A DNA stretch of 64,000 bases, from contig CAYNNL010000001.1 in NCBI GenBank assembly GCA_964398765.1, positions 2,214 through 66,213 of the forward strand, in the 5' to 3' direction. Made by a program: the position numbers and the translations under genes. The notes under the pieces were generated by a model, which was given only the letters and a program-made list of their open reading frames with translations, searched no databases and was not told where the DNA came from. Position 1 is the stretch's first letter. Each line of letters starts with the position of its first letter. Shown in pieces: positions 47,349 to 57,517 of this stretch. This DNA comes from an uncultured bacterium. Lineage in GTDB: Bacteria > Deinococcota > Deinococci > Deinococcales > Trueperaceae.

Positions 47349-48160
47349 GGCTCGGCCATCGCCACGAACCCGGGGTTTGACAACAGGTCCCCCTCGTACC
47401 GCAACGACCGACCGTCGCCTGCCCCCAGCATCTTGCCCCCTGCCGCTTCCAGCACGGCTTGCGCCGCCGCCGTGTCCCACCACATCGTGGGTCCCAGCCG
47501 CGGGTAGAAGTGGGCGGTGCCGTCGGCCACGAGGCAGCTCTTGATGGCGGATCCGCGGGCGATCGTCTCCACCTCGCCGTGGCGTTCTCGCAACCGGTCT
47601 ATGTACTCGGCCGTGGCGGGGTTCGAGTGGGAGCGGCTGACCATCACGCGCACGGGCCCGCCCTGCGCGGGTGGGCGTACGTGGACGGGATGGGCGCCGC
47701 CTTCGGCGTCGAAGCGCCAGGCGCTGGCGGGTCTGCCGCTGTGCGCTGCCAAGCCGACGTACGTAAGGCCCGCCACCGGGGCGTGGACCACGCCGAGGAC
47801 GGGCACGCCGCCCTCCACCAGGGCGATGTTAACCGAGAACTCGCCGTTGCGCTTCACGAACTCCTTGGTGCCGTCGAGCGGGTCCACCAACCAGAAACGC
47901 GTCCAGGTGCGTCGCTCCTCATAACCGGGCGTGGCGGCCTCCTCGGCGATCACCGGCACGTCGGGCGTGAGGGCACCCAGGCCCTCGATGATCAGGGACT
48001 GGGAGGCCAGGTCGGCGGCGGTGACGGGCGAAGCGTCGGCCTTCTTGTTGACCTCGAAGTCGGTGGCGTACACCTCCAGGATGGCGCGGCCGGCCCGGGC
48101 GGCGAGGTCGATGACCTTGGGGGATAGCGCGTCTAGGTCCACGGGGGCGTCTGGTGGCAT
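47345..48160 (-). CDS. cysQ: 3'(2'),5'-bisphosphate nucleotidase
   Basis: Contains FWLVDPLDGTKEFV and WWDTAAAQAVLEAAGG, the inositol monophosphatase/CysQ motifs. Its stop overlaps the pyruvyl transferase stop in the palindrome CTAG. Confidence 0.85.
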   Translation of the reverse strand: MPPDAPVDLDALSPKVIDLAARAGRAILEVYATDFEVNKKADASPVTAADLASQSLIIEGLGALTPDVPVIAEEAATPGYEERRTWTRFWLVDPLDGTKEFVKRNGEFSVNIALVEGGVPVLGVVHAPVAGLTYVGLAAHSGRPASAWRFDAEGGAHPVHVRPPAQGGPVRVMVSRSHSNPATAEYIDRLRERHGEVETIARGSAIKSCLVADGTAHFYPRLGPTMWWDTAAAQAVLEAAGGKMLGAGDGRSLRYEGDLLSNPGFVAMAEP

Positions 48161-48207
48161 CTGTTCAAGCGTATCCCGCTCACCGCCGCGGGGTGGCGGG
48201 GTACGCC

Positions 48208-48238
48208 TTGACCCTAACGCGGCGTGAGGGTCTAGCCT
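48208..48238 (+). promoter_or_regulatory. MerR-type promoter/operator: TTGACC, a 19-bp spacer, TAGCCT, with dyad GACCCT-N11-AGGGTC
   Basis: The -35 TTGACC is at 48208-13 and the -10 TAGCCT at 48233-38. The spacer is exactly 19 nt and contains the inverted repeat GACCCT..AGGGTC (48210-48232). This is the hallmark geometry of MerR-family autoregulated promoters. Confidence 0.65.
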
Positions 48239-48261
48239 TGACCGGGGAGGGAGGGAGTCGG

Positions 48262-49032
48262 TTGAGGGAAGCTGAGGAGGGTTTGACCGTCGGCGAGGTC
48301 GCGCGGCTCGCGGGCGTGAGCGTGAGGACCCTGCACCACTACGACGAGATCGGGCTGCTCAAGCCCAGCAGTCGGAGCCGCGCCGGTTACCGCCTGTACG
48401 GCCGCGCCGACCTGGAGCGCCTGCACGCCGTGCTGGCTTACCGCGAGCTCGGCTTCGAACTTGAGGTCGTGGCCGAGCTCCTCGCCGCTCCCGACGTCAG
48501 CGCGCTCGAACACCTCAGGAAGCAGGAGGCGGTGCTGAACGCCCGCATCGAGCGGCTGCTCGACATGCGCCGCTCGCTACGCAAGCAGATGGAGGCGAAC
48601 AAGGTGGGGATCAACCTGAACCCGAAGGAACTGCTGGAGGTCTTCGGCGACCACGACCCGACCGAGCACGCGGCCGAGGCCGAGCAGCGCTGGGGCGAAA
48701 CGGACGCCTACCGCGAGAGCCGGAGGCGCACGAAGGGCTACGGCAAGGAAGACTGGAAGCGCATCGGCGCGGAGGCCGCGGCGATGGAGGAGGGCTTCGC
48801 GGGCCTCCTCAGGTCGGGCGTGCCGCCGACCGACGCGCGGGCCCTCGCCCTGGCCGAGGCGCACCGCGCTCACATCAGCCGTCACTACTACGATTGCTCT
48901 TACGAGATCCACCGCGGCCTGGCCGAGATGTACGTGGCCGACCCGCGCTTCACCGCCCATTACGAGGACCGCGCCGAGGGACTCGCCGCCTACGTGGCCG
49001 CAGCTATCGCTGCCAACGCGGCGGGGCGCTGA
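48262..49032 (+). CDS. MerR-family regulator with TipAS-like antibiotic-recognition C-terminal domain
   Basis: The TTG start follows a GGAGGGAGGGAG SD. The HTH reads LTVGEVARLAGVSVRTLHHYDEIGLLKPS..GYRLY. The C-terminal part QRWGETDAYRES..HISRHYYDCSYEIHRGLAEMYVADPRFTAHY is TipAS-like. Confidence 0.85.
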   Translation: MREAEEGLTVGEVARLAGVSVRTLHHYDEIGLLKPSSRSRAGYRLYGRADLERLHAVLAYRELGFELEVVAELLAAPDVSALEHLRKQEAVLNARIERLLDMRRSLRKQMEANKVGINLNPKELLEVFGDHDPTEHAAEAEQRWGETDAYRESRRRTKGYGKEDWKRIGAEAAAMEEGFAGLLRSGVPPTDARALALAEAHRAHISRHYYDCSYEIHRGLAEMYVADPRFTAHYEDRAEGLAAYVAAAIAANAAGR

Positions 49033-49049
49033 GGGGCGCTCAGCGCCCC
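49033..49049. terminator. GC hairpin between the convergent tipA-like and rfbA genes
   Basis: GGGGCGC-tca-GCGCCCC directly after the TGA at 49030-32. There is no clear U tract. Confidence 0.4.
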
Positions 49050-49060
49050 GCCCCACACGC

Positions 49061-49942
49061 TTACCGCGCTCCTCGCTCGAGCAGCCCCATCAGGTAGCGC
49101 CCGTAGGCGTTGCCCCGCATCGGCGCCGCCAGTCGCTCGAGCTGCGCGGCGTCGATCCAACCGCTCTCGTAGGCGATCTCCTCGGGACAAGCGATCTTGA
49201 GGCCCTGGCGCGTCTCCAGCGTCTCCACGAAGTTCGACGCCTGCAGGTAGCTCTCGTGCGTGCCCGTGTCGAGCCACGCCATCCCCCGGCCCATGAGCTC
49301 AACGCGCAGGCGGCCCTGCTCGAGGTAACGGCGGTTGAGGTCGGTGATCTCGAGCTCGCCGCGTTCGGAGGGCCGCAGCTCCCGCGCCTCCGCCGCCACT
49401 CCGGCGGGGTAGAAGTAGAGGCCCGTCACGGCGTGGCGGCTCTTGGGCTGGGCCGGCTTCTCCTCGATCCCGGTCACCCTGCCGCCGGCGTCGAAGCTCA
49501 CCACCCCGTAGCGCTCTGGGTCCGTCACCTCGTAGCCGAAGACGGTGGCCTCTCTCGTGCGCTCGTCGGCGGTCCGCAGGAGGCCCGTCAGGCCGTAACC
49601 GTGGAACAGGTTGTCGCCTAGCACGAGCGCCGACGGGCGGTCGCCCACGAACGCTTCGCCGATGAGGAACGCCTGGGCGATCCCCTCCGGGCGGTCCTGC
49701 ACCGCGTAGTCGAAGCGCATTCCCCAACCCTCGCCGCTACCGAGCAGCTCCCGGAACGCTGGCAGGTCGCGCGGGGTGGATATGACCAGCGCCTCGCGCA
49801 CACCGGCCAGCATCAGCGTCGAGAGCGGGTAGTAGACCATCGGCTTGTCGTAGACGGGCAGGAGCTGCTTGCTGACGGCCAGCGTGGCCGGGTAGAGGCG
49901 AGTGCCTGCGCCACCAGCCAGTACGATGCCGCGCCGGCTCAT
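49061..49942 (-). CDS. rfbA: glucose-1-phosphate thymidylyltransferase
   Basis: The start [20 protein letters not shown] overlaps the rfbB stop. Contains [18 protein letters not shown] and LGDNLF. Confidence 0.93.
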   Translation of the reverse strand: MSRRGIVLAGGAGTRLYPATLAVSKQLLPVYDKPMVYYPLSTLMLAGVREALVISTPRDLPAFRELLGSGEGWGMRFDYAVQDRPEGIAQAFLIGEAFVGDRPSALVLGDNLFHGYGLTGLLRTADERTREATVFGYEVTDPERYGVVSFDAGGRVTGIEEKPAQPKSRHAVTGLYFYPAGVAAEARELRPSERGELEITDLNRRYLEQGRLRVELMGRGMAWLDTGTHESYLQASNFVETLETRQGLKIACPEEIAYESGWIDAAQLERLAAPMRGNAYGRYLMGLLERGAR

Positions 49943-51030
49943 GCTCCCTCGACCTCGGACGTCGGTGCGGCGCCTCCGAGGCCCAGGCGGCTCATGTCGT
50001 AGCGCGACGCCACGGACCTCACCCACGCCTGGTTCTCCACGTACCACCGCACGGTCGCCAGGAGGCCGTCCTCGAACCGCACCTCACGGCGCCAGCCCAG
50101 CTCGCGCTCGGCGCGGGCCGAGTCGACGGCGTAGCGACGGTCGTGGCCCGGCCTGTCGGCCACGCTGGTGATGAGCTCGCGGTAGTCGCGCGGGCCGGGC
50201 GCCACCTCGTTCAGACAACCCAGAAGCTGATCGAGCAGGGCGCGGTTGGGTAGCTCGTGCGCCCCGCCCATGAGGTAGGTGGCGCCGGGCGTGCCGCGCC
50301 GGGCGGCTGCCAGCAGGCCGCGGGCGTGATCGTCCACGTGCAACCAGTCGCGGACCTGCATGCCGTCGCCGTACAGCGGCACGCTCTCGCCGGCGAGAGC
50401 CCGGCCCAGGGCGAGCGGCACGAGCTTCTCGGGGAACTGGAACGGGCCGTAGTTGTTCGACGCGTGGGTGGTCACGACCGGCAGGCCGTAGGTGTGGAAG
50501 TAGGCGGCCGCCATGTGGTCGGCGCTTGCCTTGCTGGCGCTGTAGGGCGAGCGGGGGTCGTAAGGGCTGTGCTCGTCGAACCTGCCGGTGGGGCCGAGGC
50601 TGCCGTACACCTCGTCGGTGCTCACGTTCACGAGCCTGAAGGCGGCGCGCTCGCCGGCGGGCAGCTCGCGCCAGTAGCGGCGCGCTGCCTCGAGCAGGTG
50701 GAAGGTCCCGAGCGTGTTGGTCAACACGAACTGTTCGGGGCCGTCTATCGACCTGTCCACGTGCGTCTCGGCGGCCAAGTGTATGACCGCAGCGGGGCGC
50801 TCCTCCTCGAACAGGGACAGCATGGCCGCCTGCTCGTTCACGTCGAGCTTCACGAAGCGGTGGCGCTCCCCGGACCCGGCCGCGCGCAGGCGCTCGGGGT
50901 CGGCGGCGTAGGTCATGGCGTCCACGCTGACCACGCGCGCGTCGCCGCCCGCCACGAGGAGGCGCACCAGGGCGGAGCCGATGAAACCGGCCGCGCCGGT
51001 CACCAGGTAGGTGGGTGCGCTCCGCGTCAT
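49939..51030 (-). CDS. rfbB: dTDP-glucose 4,6-dehydratase
   Basis: The start is [19 protein letters not shown]. Contains VSTDEVYG and YSASKASAD. The track start at 51300 is an over-extension. Confidence 0.93.
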   Translation of the reverse strand: MTRSAPTYLVTGAAGFIGSALVRLLVAGGDARVVSVDAMTYAADPERLRAAGSGERHRFVKLDVNEQAAMLSLFEEERPAAVIHLAAETHVDRSIDGPEQFVLTNTLGTFHLLEAARRYWRELPAGERAAFRLVNVSTDEVYGSLGPTGRFDEHSPYDPRSPYSASKASADHMAAAYFHTYGLPVVTTHASNNYGPFQFPEKLVPLALGRALAGESVPLYGDGMQVRDWLHVDDHARGLLAAARRGTPGATYLMGGAHELPNRALLDQLLGCLNEVAPGPRDYRELITSVADRPGHDRRYAVDSARAERELGWRREVRFEDGLLATVRWYVENQAWVRSVASRYDMSRLGLGGAAPTSEVEGA

Positions 51031-51587
51031 GGCCTCGCCGCCGGGAAGACCCGCAGGTCGGCCAGCAGGGGCAGGGCCGCGTCGCGCTCCGAGACGATCG
51101 GCGCCGCGCCCGCGAGACGCCAGTCGACGCCGATGGTCGGGTCGTCCCAGCGCACCCCGGCGTCGGCGGCAGGAGCGTAGGGGCGGTCGGTCTTGTAGAT
51201 CACGTCGGCCTCCTCCGAGAGCACGGCGAAACCGTGCGCGAAGCCCGCGGGCACCCACAGCTGTTCGAGTTCCACGTCGTCCAGCACGGCGCTGACCCAC
51301 CTCCCGAACGTGGCGGAGCCGCGGCGCAGGTCCACGGCCACGTCGAGGATGGTCCCGCGCGTGACGCCGACGAGCTTGCCCTGGGCGTGCTCCCCCGCCT
51401 GGAAGTGGAGCCCCCTCACCACGCCCCTGACGGAGCGGGAGTGGTTGTCCTGCACGAACGTGAGGTCGAGCCCCGCGGCCGCGAAAGCGGCGGCGTTCCA
51501 GCGTTCGAGGAAGAAGCCGCGCCGGTCCTGGCGCACTGTGGGGGTCATCAGCTTGACCGCCGGGATCTCGAGGCTCGCGACGTTCAC
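51027..51587 (-). CDS. rfbC: dTDP-4-dehydrorhamnose 3,5-epimerase
   Basis: Contains QDRRGFFLERW, VRGLHFQ and WVPAGFAHGF. Confidence 0.92.
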   Translation of the reverse strand: MNVASLEIPAVKLMTPTVRQDRRGFFLERWNAAAFAAAGLDLTFVQDNHSRSVRGVVRGLHFQAGEHAQGKLVGVTRGTILDVAVDLRRGSATFGRWVSAVLDDVELEQLWVPAGFAHGFAVLSEEADVIYKTDRPYAPAADAGVRWDDPTIGVDWRLAGAAPIVSERDAALPLLADLRVFPAARP

Positions 51588-51591
51588 GGTC

Positions 51592-52347
51592 TCACCGCCC
51601 CCACGACGCGGCCAGGGCTTCGTAGCGGCTCACGTCGAGCGACACGTCGTCGGGCAGCGCCACGCCGGCGCCGGACTTGCTCGCCCGGCGCACCTGCGGC
51701 GCGCGCCGCCGGGCCAGCTCGAACACGCTCTTGCGCTCGGTGCCGACGTGCAGCGTGTCGTAACCGACCTGGTCCAGGTTCTCGATCACGGCGGCGAGCA
51801 TCGGGGCGATCACGTCCACGTAGTCTTGCGAGGTGAACAGGTCGTCGAACGCCGTCTCGTACGGCCACGACCGCGGCCTGAAGCTGGTGCGGACGACGAG
51901 GGCAGCGGGCGCCCTCCGAGCAGCCTCCTCGGCCACGAGCTTCGTCAGCGCGTAGTAGTTGCGCACCGGTCCGGGCGGGTCGTCCTCGCGGTAGCCGCCC
52001 ACGTCGCCGTGGAACACGTAGTCGGTGGACACGTGCACGAGCCGCGCGCCCACCTCCGCCGCCGCGCGGGCCACGTTGCGGGTGCCCTCCACGTTGACGC
52101 GCCAGCAGGTGGCGCGGTCGCCCTCGGCGCCGGCCACGTCCGTGTAGGCAGCGGCGTGCACGATGACCCGCGGGCGGGCGTCGGCCACGCCGGCGCTGGT
52201 GCTTGCGGCGTCGGCCACATCCAGCTCGCTCCGGAGGGGGGCGTAGGCGTGGGGCAGGAGCGCCGTGAGCTCGCGCCCGAGGCGACCGGTACCGCCGGTC
52301 AGAAGCAGCCCGCCCGCCGGGGGTCGACGTGCGCCGGCCGCGCCCAC
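51592..52347 (-). CDS. rfbD: dTDP-4-dehydrorhamnose reductase-like SDR
   Basis: Contains LLLTGGTGRLG, IVHAAAYTDV, VSTDYVF and YALTKLVAE. At 251 aa it is shorter than typical RfbD. The start is uncertain. Confidence 0.78.
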   Translation of the reverse strand: MGAAGARRPPAGGLLLTGGTGRLGRELTALLPHAYAPLRSELDVADAASTSAGVADARPRVIVHAAAYTDVAGAEGDRATCWRVNVEGTRNVARAAAEVGARLVHVSTDYVFHGDVGGYREDDPPGPVRNYYALTKLVAEEAARRAPAALVVRTSFRPRSWPYETAFDDLFTSQDYVDVIAPMLAAVIENLDQVGYDTLHVGTERKSVFELARRRAPQVRRASKSGAGVALPDDVSLDVSRYEALAASWGR

Positions 52348-52360
52348 CGGCCCCCGGCTC

Positions 52361-53746
52361 CTAGTCGCCCCGGCCCGTTGCCGGGACAGGTTCGTCGCCG
52401 CGGCTCGCGGGCGCGCCGGGAGCGGCTCTGGTCGGTGTCAGGAACGTGGCGCCCGGGGTCCCGGAGGCGCCGGTGCGCGCGTCTGGGGGCGCCACGGCGG
52501 CCCGTAGGAACACGAACAGCATGGCCAGAAGCCCGGCGACGAGCACGGCGGCGAGCGTGACCATCAGCCTGTTGGAAGGCACGGGCTTGAGGGGCGGGTC
52601 TGCGGCGATGACTACCTGGGCTGCGTCGGCAGTCATGCGCTGCTGGAGCGCGAGGAGCGGGATGGCGCCGGCGACGCGGTCGTGGGCCAGGCGCGCCACG
52701 GCGAGGGCGGCCTGCGGCTCCGCGGCGCGCTGCTCCAGGTCGGCCAAGCGGCCACGCAGGGTGGCGGCGGTGGCCTCCGCTCGCTCCGCGGCCGTCTCCA
52801 GCTCGGATCTCTCCGCCACCAGCGCGGCGAGGGTGCCGGCCACGCCGTCGAGCCTGGCCCTGTCGACGAGGTTGAGCAGGTCCTGCCCACCCACCGTGAG
52901 GCCGGGAGGGAGCTGACCGAGGCTGGCGGTCAGGGCGGCGGCGTCCTCTTCCGAGACCACGCCCGCGTCGATGAGCGCGCGCACCTGGTCGGCGAGGACC
53001 ACGCTCGTCCTGCCCTCGCGGGCGCCTATGCCCGCCGTGAGGAGCGACTGCTGGGCGCTGGCGGCAGCGATCTTGGCGTTCAGCTCCGCCAGCCGCGCGC
53101 GCGTGCCGGCCTGCTGCAGGGCCAACTGGTCGATCTGGCTCCTCAAGGAGACTCGCGCGTCGTCCTTGGTGAACTCCGTCCACCGCGCCTGAGCCTCGTC
53201 CAGTTCGGCGCCCCTGGCGGTCAGCTCGGTGTTGGCCGCCGCCAGCGCCCGCGCGACGGTCGTCTCCATGGCGGACCGCGCCGCGGCGGCGCTCGCCTCG
53301 GCCCAGGCGTTGGCGTGCTCGGCCGCGAGCTCCGCGGTGGCGGCCCGGGCCGTGTGCTCGATGGTGAGTTGTCCGCGGGTCTGGTTGGCGGCGTCGATCG
53401 CCTTCAGCCGAAGCCCATCGCTGATCTCCCTCAGCACGGCGGCGTCGGCGGCGAACGCCGCGCTCAGCACGGCGCTGCCGTTCGCCAGCGAGGTGTAGGC
53501 CTGCGACCCGAGGCCCACCTGCGGCACCAGGCTGGCCACCTCGCTGCCGGAGCTCACGGGCTGTGGCGCCGTGAGTTGCACGGTGGCGCTGGCGGCGTAG
53601 ACGATTGGGCGCGTTGAGACGTAGGCGAACGCTGCCGCGCCGACCACCAAGGCCGTCACGACGATGCCCGCGAACCCGCGCCTCAGTATCAGGTAGAGCT
53701 CGCGCAGCGAGACCTCGTCGGAGGGTTGGTACATGACGTCGTCCAA
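52361..53746 (-). CDS. wzz: Wzz-type polysaccharide co-polymerase (chain-length determinant), no kinase domain
   Basis: The N-terminus EVSLRELYLILRRGFAGIVVTALVVGAAAFAYVSTRPIVYAASATVQL is followed by a long Ala-rich coiled-coil periplasmic region and a C-terminal TM, LMVTLAAVLVAGLLAMLFVFL. Confidence 0.75.
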   Translation of the reverse strand: MDDVMYQPSDEVSLRELYLILRRGFAGIVVTALVVGAAAFAYVSTRPIVYAASATVQLTAPQPVSSGSEVASLVPQVGLGSQAYTSLANGSAVLSAAFAADAAVLREISDGLRLKAIDAANQTRGQLTIEHTARAATAELAAEHANAWAEASAAAARSAMETTVARALAAANTELTARGAELDEAQARWTEFTKDDARVSLRSQIDQLALQQAGTRARLAELNAKIAAASAQQSLLTAGIGAREGRTSVVLADQVRALIDAGVVSEEDAAALTASLGQLPPGLTVGGQDLLNLVDRARLDGVAGTLAALVAERSELETAAERAEATAATLRGRLADLEQRAAEPQAALAVARLAHDRVAGAIPLLALQQRMTADAAQVVIAADPPLKPVPSNRLMVTLAAVLVAGLLAMLFVFLRAAVAPPDARTGASGTPGATFLTPTRAAPGAPASRGDEPVPATGRGD

Positions 53747-53816
53747 GGCTCGCCCAGGATACGCCGCGCGCGCCGGTCTGACAAAGCCGGGCGCGGCGGG
53801 CGGTGGAAAGCGCTAG

Positions 53817-55402
<1,586 letters not shown>

Positions 55403-55432
55403 TCACTGCGTGCGGGGGAGGCGCGCGGCGCC

Positions 55433-56992
55433 TCAGCGCTTCGCCACCGTGCCGCCGCCGCGCAGGAACTCGAGGAGGCCGTCGGCCAGGCCTTGCGCCA
55501 GCTTCGTCTGGTAGGCGCCGGAGGCGAGCTTGGGGCCCTCGTCCGGGTTGGTGGTGAAGCCGAGTTCGACGAGGATGGCGGGGATGCGCGCTGTGCGGAT
55601 GACGTAGAACAGGTTGCGCTTGACGCCGCGGTCGCGGGCGCCCGTTGCCGCGACCAGGTTGCGCTGGACGGTCTCGGCGAGGCTCAGCGAGTAGTTTAGC
55701 TGCGCCTCGCGCAGGATGTCGCCGGCCAGGTCGCGGGCGCTGCGGCGCGCCTCGTCGGTAAGCGCCTGACCCTCGGCGCCGTCGCCGTTCTCCTTGATGG
55801 CGCGGTCGATGTACGACGGGTCGAGCGGCTCGCCGAACACCCACGTCTCGATGCCGGAGGCGTTCTGACTGGGGCCGGAGTTGGCATGGATCGACACGAA
55901 GACGTTGCGTTCGGGGGTGGCGAAGAGGGAGCGCTCCTGCAGCGTGATGAAGGTGTCGGTGTCGCGCGTCATGATCACCTGGATGCCTTCGGCCTCCAGC
56001 AGACGCTTCAGCTGCAGCGCCACGGCGAGGACGACCTGTTTCTCCACCGCGTGCCCGACCGTGCCGGGGTCGTGGCCGCCGTGCCCGGCGTCGATCACCA
56101 CCACCTGGCGCTGCTCGGGGACCGTCAGGAGCGCCTGGCTGACCTCCTCGGGGCGCGAGGTGCTGGGGACCAGGGCCGTGACCGCCGCGCCCTTGAGGCT
56201 CGGCGCGAAGTCCACGTAAAGCGTGGTGCCGCTCTCCTTGTCGACCGTGCCGACCTTGAAGCCCGTGCCGCTGGCGTCGACGGCGTACCGGAGCCTGACG
56301 GCGAGGGTCACCTGGCCGCCGGAGGCCGCCAGCTCGACGCGGGCGAGGTTGGGATCGTCGAGCGCCACCTGCATGGCCTCGGCGCGGGCGCCCGGCAGGG
56401 CTACGAGGAGCGTCTCCCCACCGGCGGCCACCTCGTAGGCGGCGCCCTTGGGCACGTCGATGGCGACCCGCGAGACGCCGTCGGTGATGCCCGTGCGGGG
56501 TCGCTCCAGGCTGTAGCCGAGCCGGTCGGCCGTGTCGACCGTGACCACGTGCCGTTCGGAGTTCCAGTCGCTCTGGCCTTCGAAGGCCGTCACCAGCGGG
56601 GTGATGGCCACGTAGGCCACACCGTTGACGAGGATGGCCTGCGGGCTGGCCATAGTGGTCTGACCGCCGAGCGCGGGGGAGAGCGTGACGGTGCCGGCGG
56701 CCTTCACGAGGCCGGCCGCGATGTCGGACGTGGCCTTGAACCGCGCGGTGCGCCGACCGTCGCTGAAGACGAGCAACTTGTCGTCCTGCACGTACTGGAC
56801 CGTGAGTCCCATCGCGTCGGCCAGCGGCTGGGCCTTGGCGAACGCGTTAGAGCTGTCGCCCTGTGCGATGAAGTAGTAAGGACCGGCCGGATCGACGATG
56901 ACGCCGTTCACGGCGAGGTAGTTGTGGCGCTCTTGAGCGGCGCCCGTGACCGCGGCGAGCAGGAGGAGGAGGGTCAGGAGGAACCGCTTCAC
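55433..56992 (-). CDS. N-acetylmuramoyl-L-alanine amidase (Amidase_3) with N-terminal stalk domains
   Basis: Has a signal peptide, MKRFLLTLLLLLAAVTGAAQ. The catalytic part reads VVIDAGHGGHDPGTVGH..SIHANS..PAILVELGF. Confidence 0.88.
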   Translation of the reverse strand: MKRFLLTLLLLLAAVTGAAQERHNYLAVNGVIVDPAGPYYFIAQGDSSNAFAKAQPLADAMGLTVQYVQDDKLLVFSDGRRTARFKATSDIAAGLVKAAGTVTLSPALGGQTTMASPQAILVNGVAYVAITPLVTAFEGQSDWNSERHVVTVDTADRLGYSLERPRTGITDGVSRVAIDVPKGAAYEVAAGGETLLVALPGARAEAMQVALDDPNLARVELAASGGQVTLAVRLRYAVDASGTGFKVGTVDKESGTTLYVDFAPSLKGAAVTALVPSTSRPEEVSQALLTVPEQRQVVVIDAGHGGHDPGTVGHAVEKQVVLAVALQLKRLLEAEGIQVIMTRDTDTFITLQERSLFATPERNVFVSIHANSGPSQNASGIETWVFGEPLDPSYIDRAIKENGDGAEGQALTDEARRSARDLAGDILREAQLNYSLSLAETVQRNLVAATGARDRGVKRNLFYVIRTARIPAILVELGFTTNPDEGPKLASGAYQTKLAQGLADGLLEFLRGGGTVAKR

Positions 56993-57138
56993 GTCGCCGC
57001 GAAGTCTATCACGGGGCGCTGCCCCCGAAACATGAGGAATATCGCCTCTGGAGCGCGGTTACGGCCGCTGGGAGGGTCGCCCTTCGGGGTGCCGATCCCC
57101 GCGCTGGTCGGACCAGTTCGGGCCGGTCTCGCGTCTCG

Positions 57139-57483
57139 TCACCGGCGCCCGAGACCCCCGTGAGGGTGCGTCCCGTGGGCGGTGTCCTCCAGCTCGCGCA
57201 GGCGCGACTGGACGGCATCTTCCGTGGTGAGGCTCGCCGCGCCCCGCTCCAGGTGGTGGTACAGCGACTCGACGTCGGTGCGGAGGCGGGTGATGAGCTC
57301 GCCCGACTCCTGGAAGTGCTGAGCGACCTCGCCCTGGAACCGGTCGAGCGTCGTCTGCATCTTGCGCAGGCGCTGCTCGCTCGGGTCACGGCGGCGCGAC
57401 GCGGTGGCCAGCAGCCAGCCCGCCGCCCCTCCGAGCGCGAACGCCGCGACCACCCACACCCACGGGCTCATGCCCACCAACAT
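57139..57483 (-). CDS. single-pass membrane coiled-coil protein, YhcB/DUF1043-like (tentative)
   Basis: Starts MLVGMSPWVWVVAAFALGGAAGWLLA (TM), then LDRFQGEVAQHFQESGELITRLRTDVESLYHHL. This resembles my recollection of E. coli YhcB (ELVSHFARSAELLDTMAHDYRQLYQHM). A GGAG SD is present. Confidence 0.5.
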   Translation of the reverse strand: MLVGMSPWVWVVAAFALGGAAGWLLATASRRRDPSEQRLRKMQTTLDRFQGEVAQHFQESGELITRLRTDVESLYHHLERGAASLTTEDAVQSRLRELEDTAHGTHPHGGLGRR

Positions 57484-57503
57484 AGCAACTCCGCCGCGCC
57501 GCC

Positions 57504-57509
57504 TACACT
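57504..57509 (+). promoter_or_regulatory. candidate -10 box (TACACT) 8 nt before the ATG at 57518 (leaderless layout)
   Basis: Sequence reads TACACT-gccgccag-ATG. Confidence 0.4.
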
Positions 57510-57517
57510 GCCGCCAG

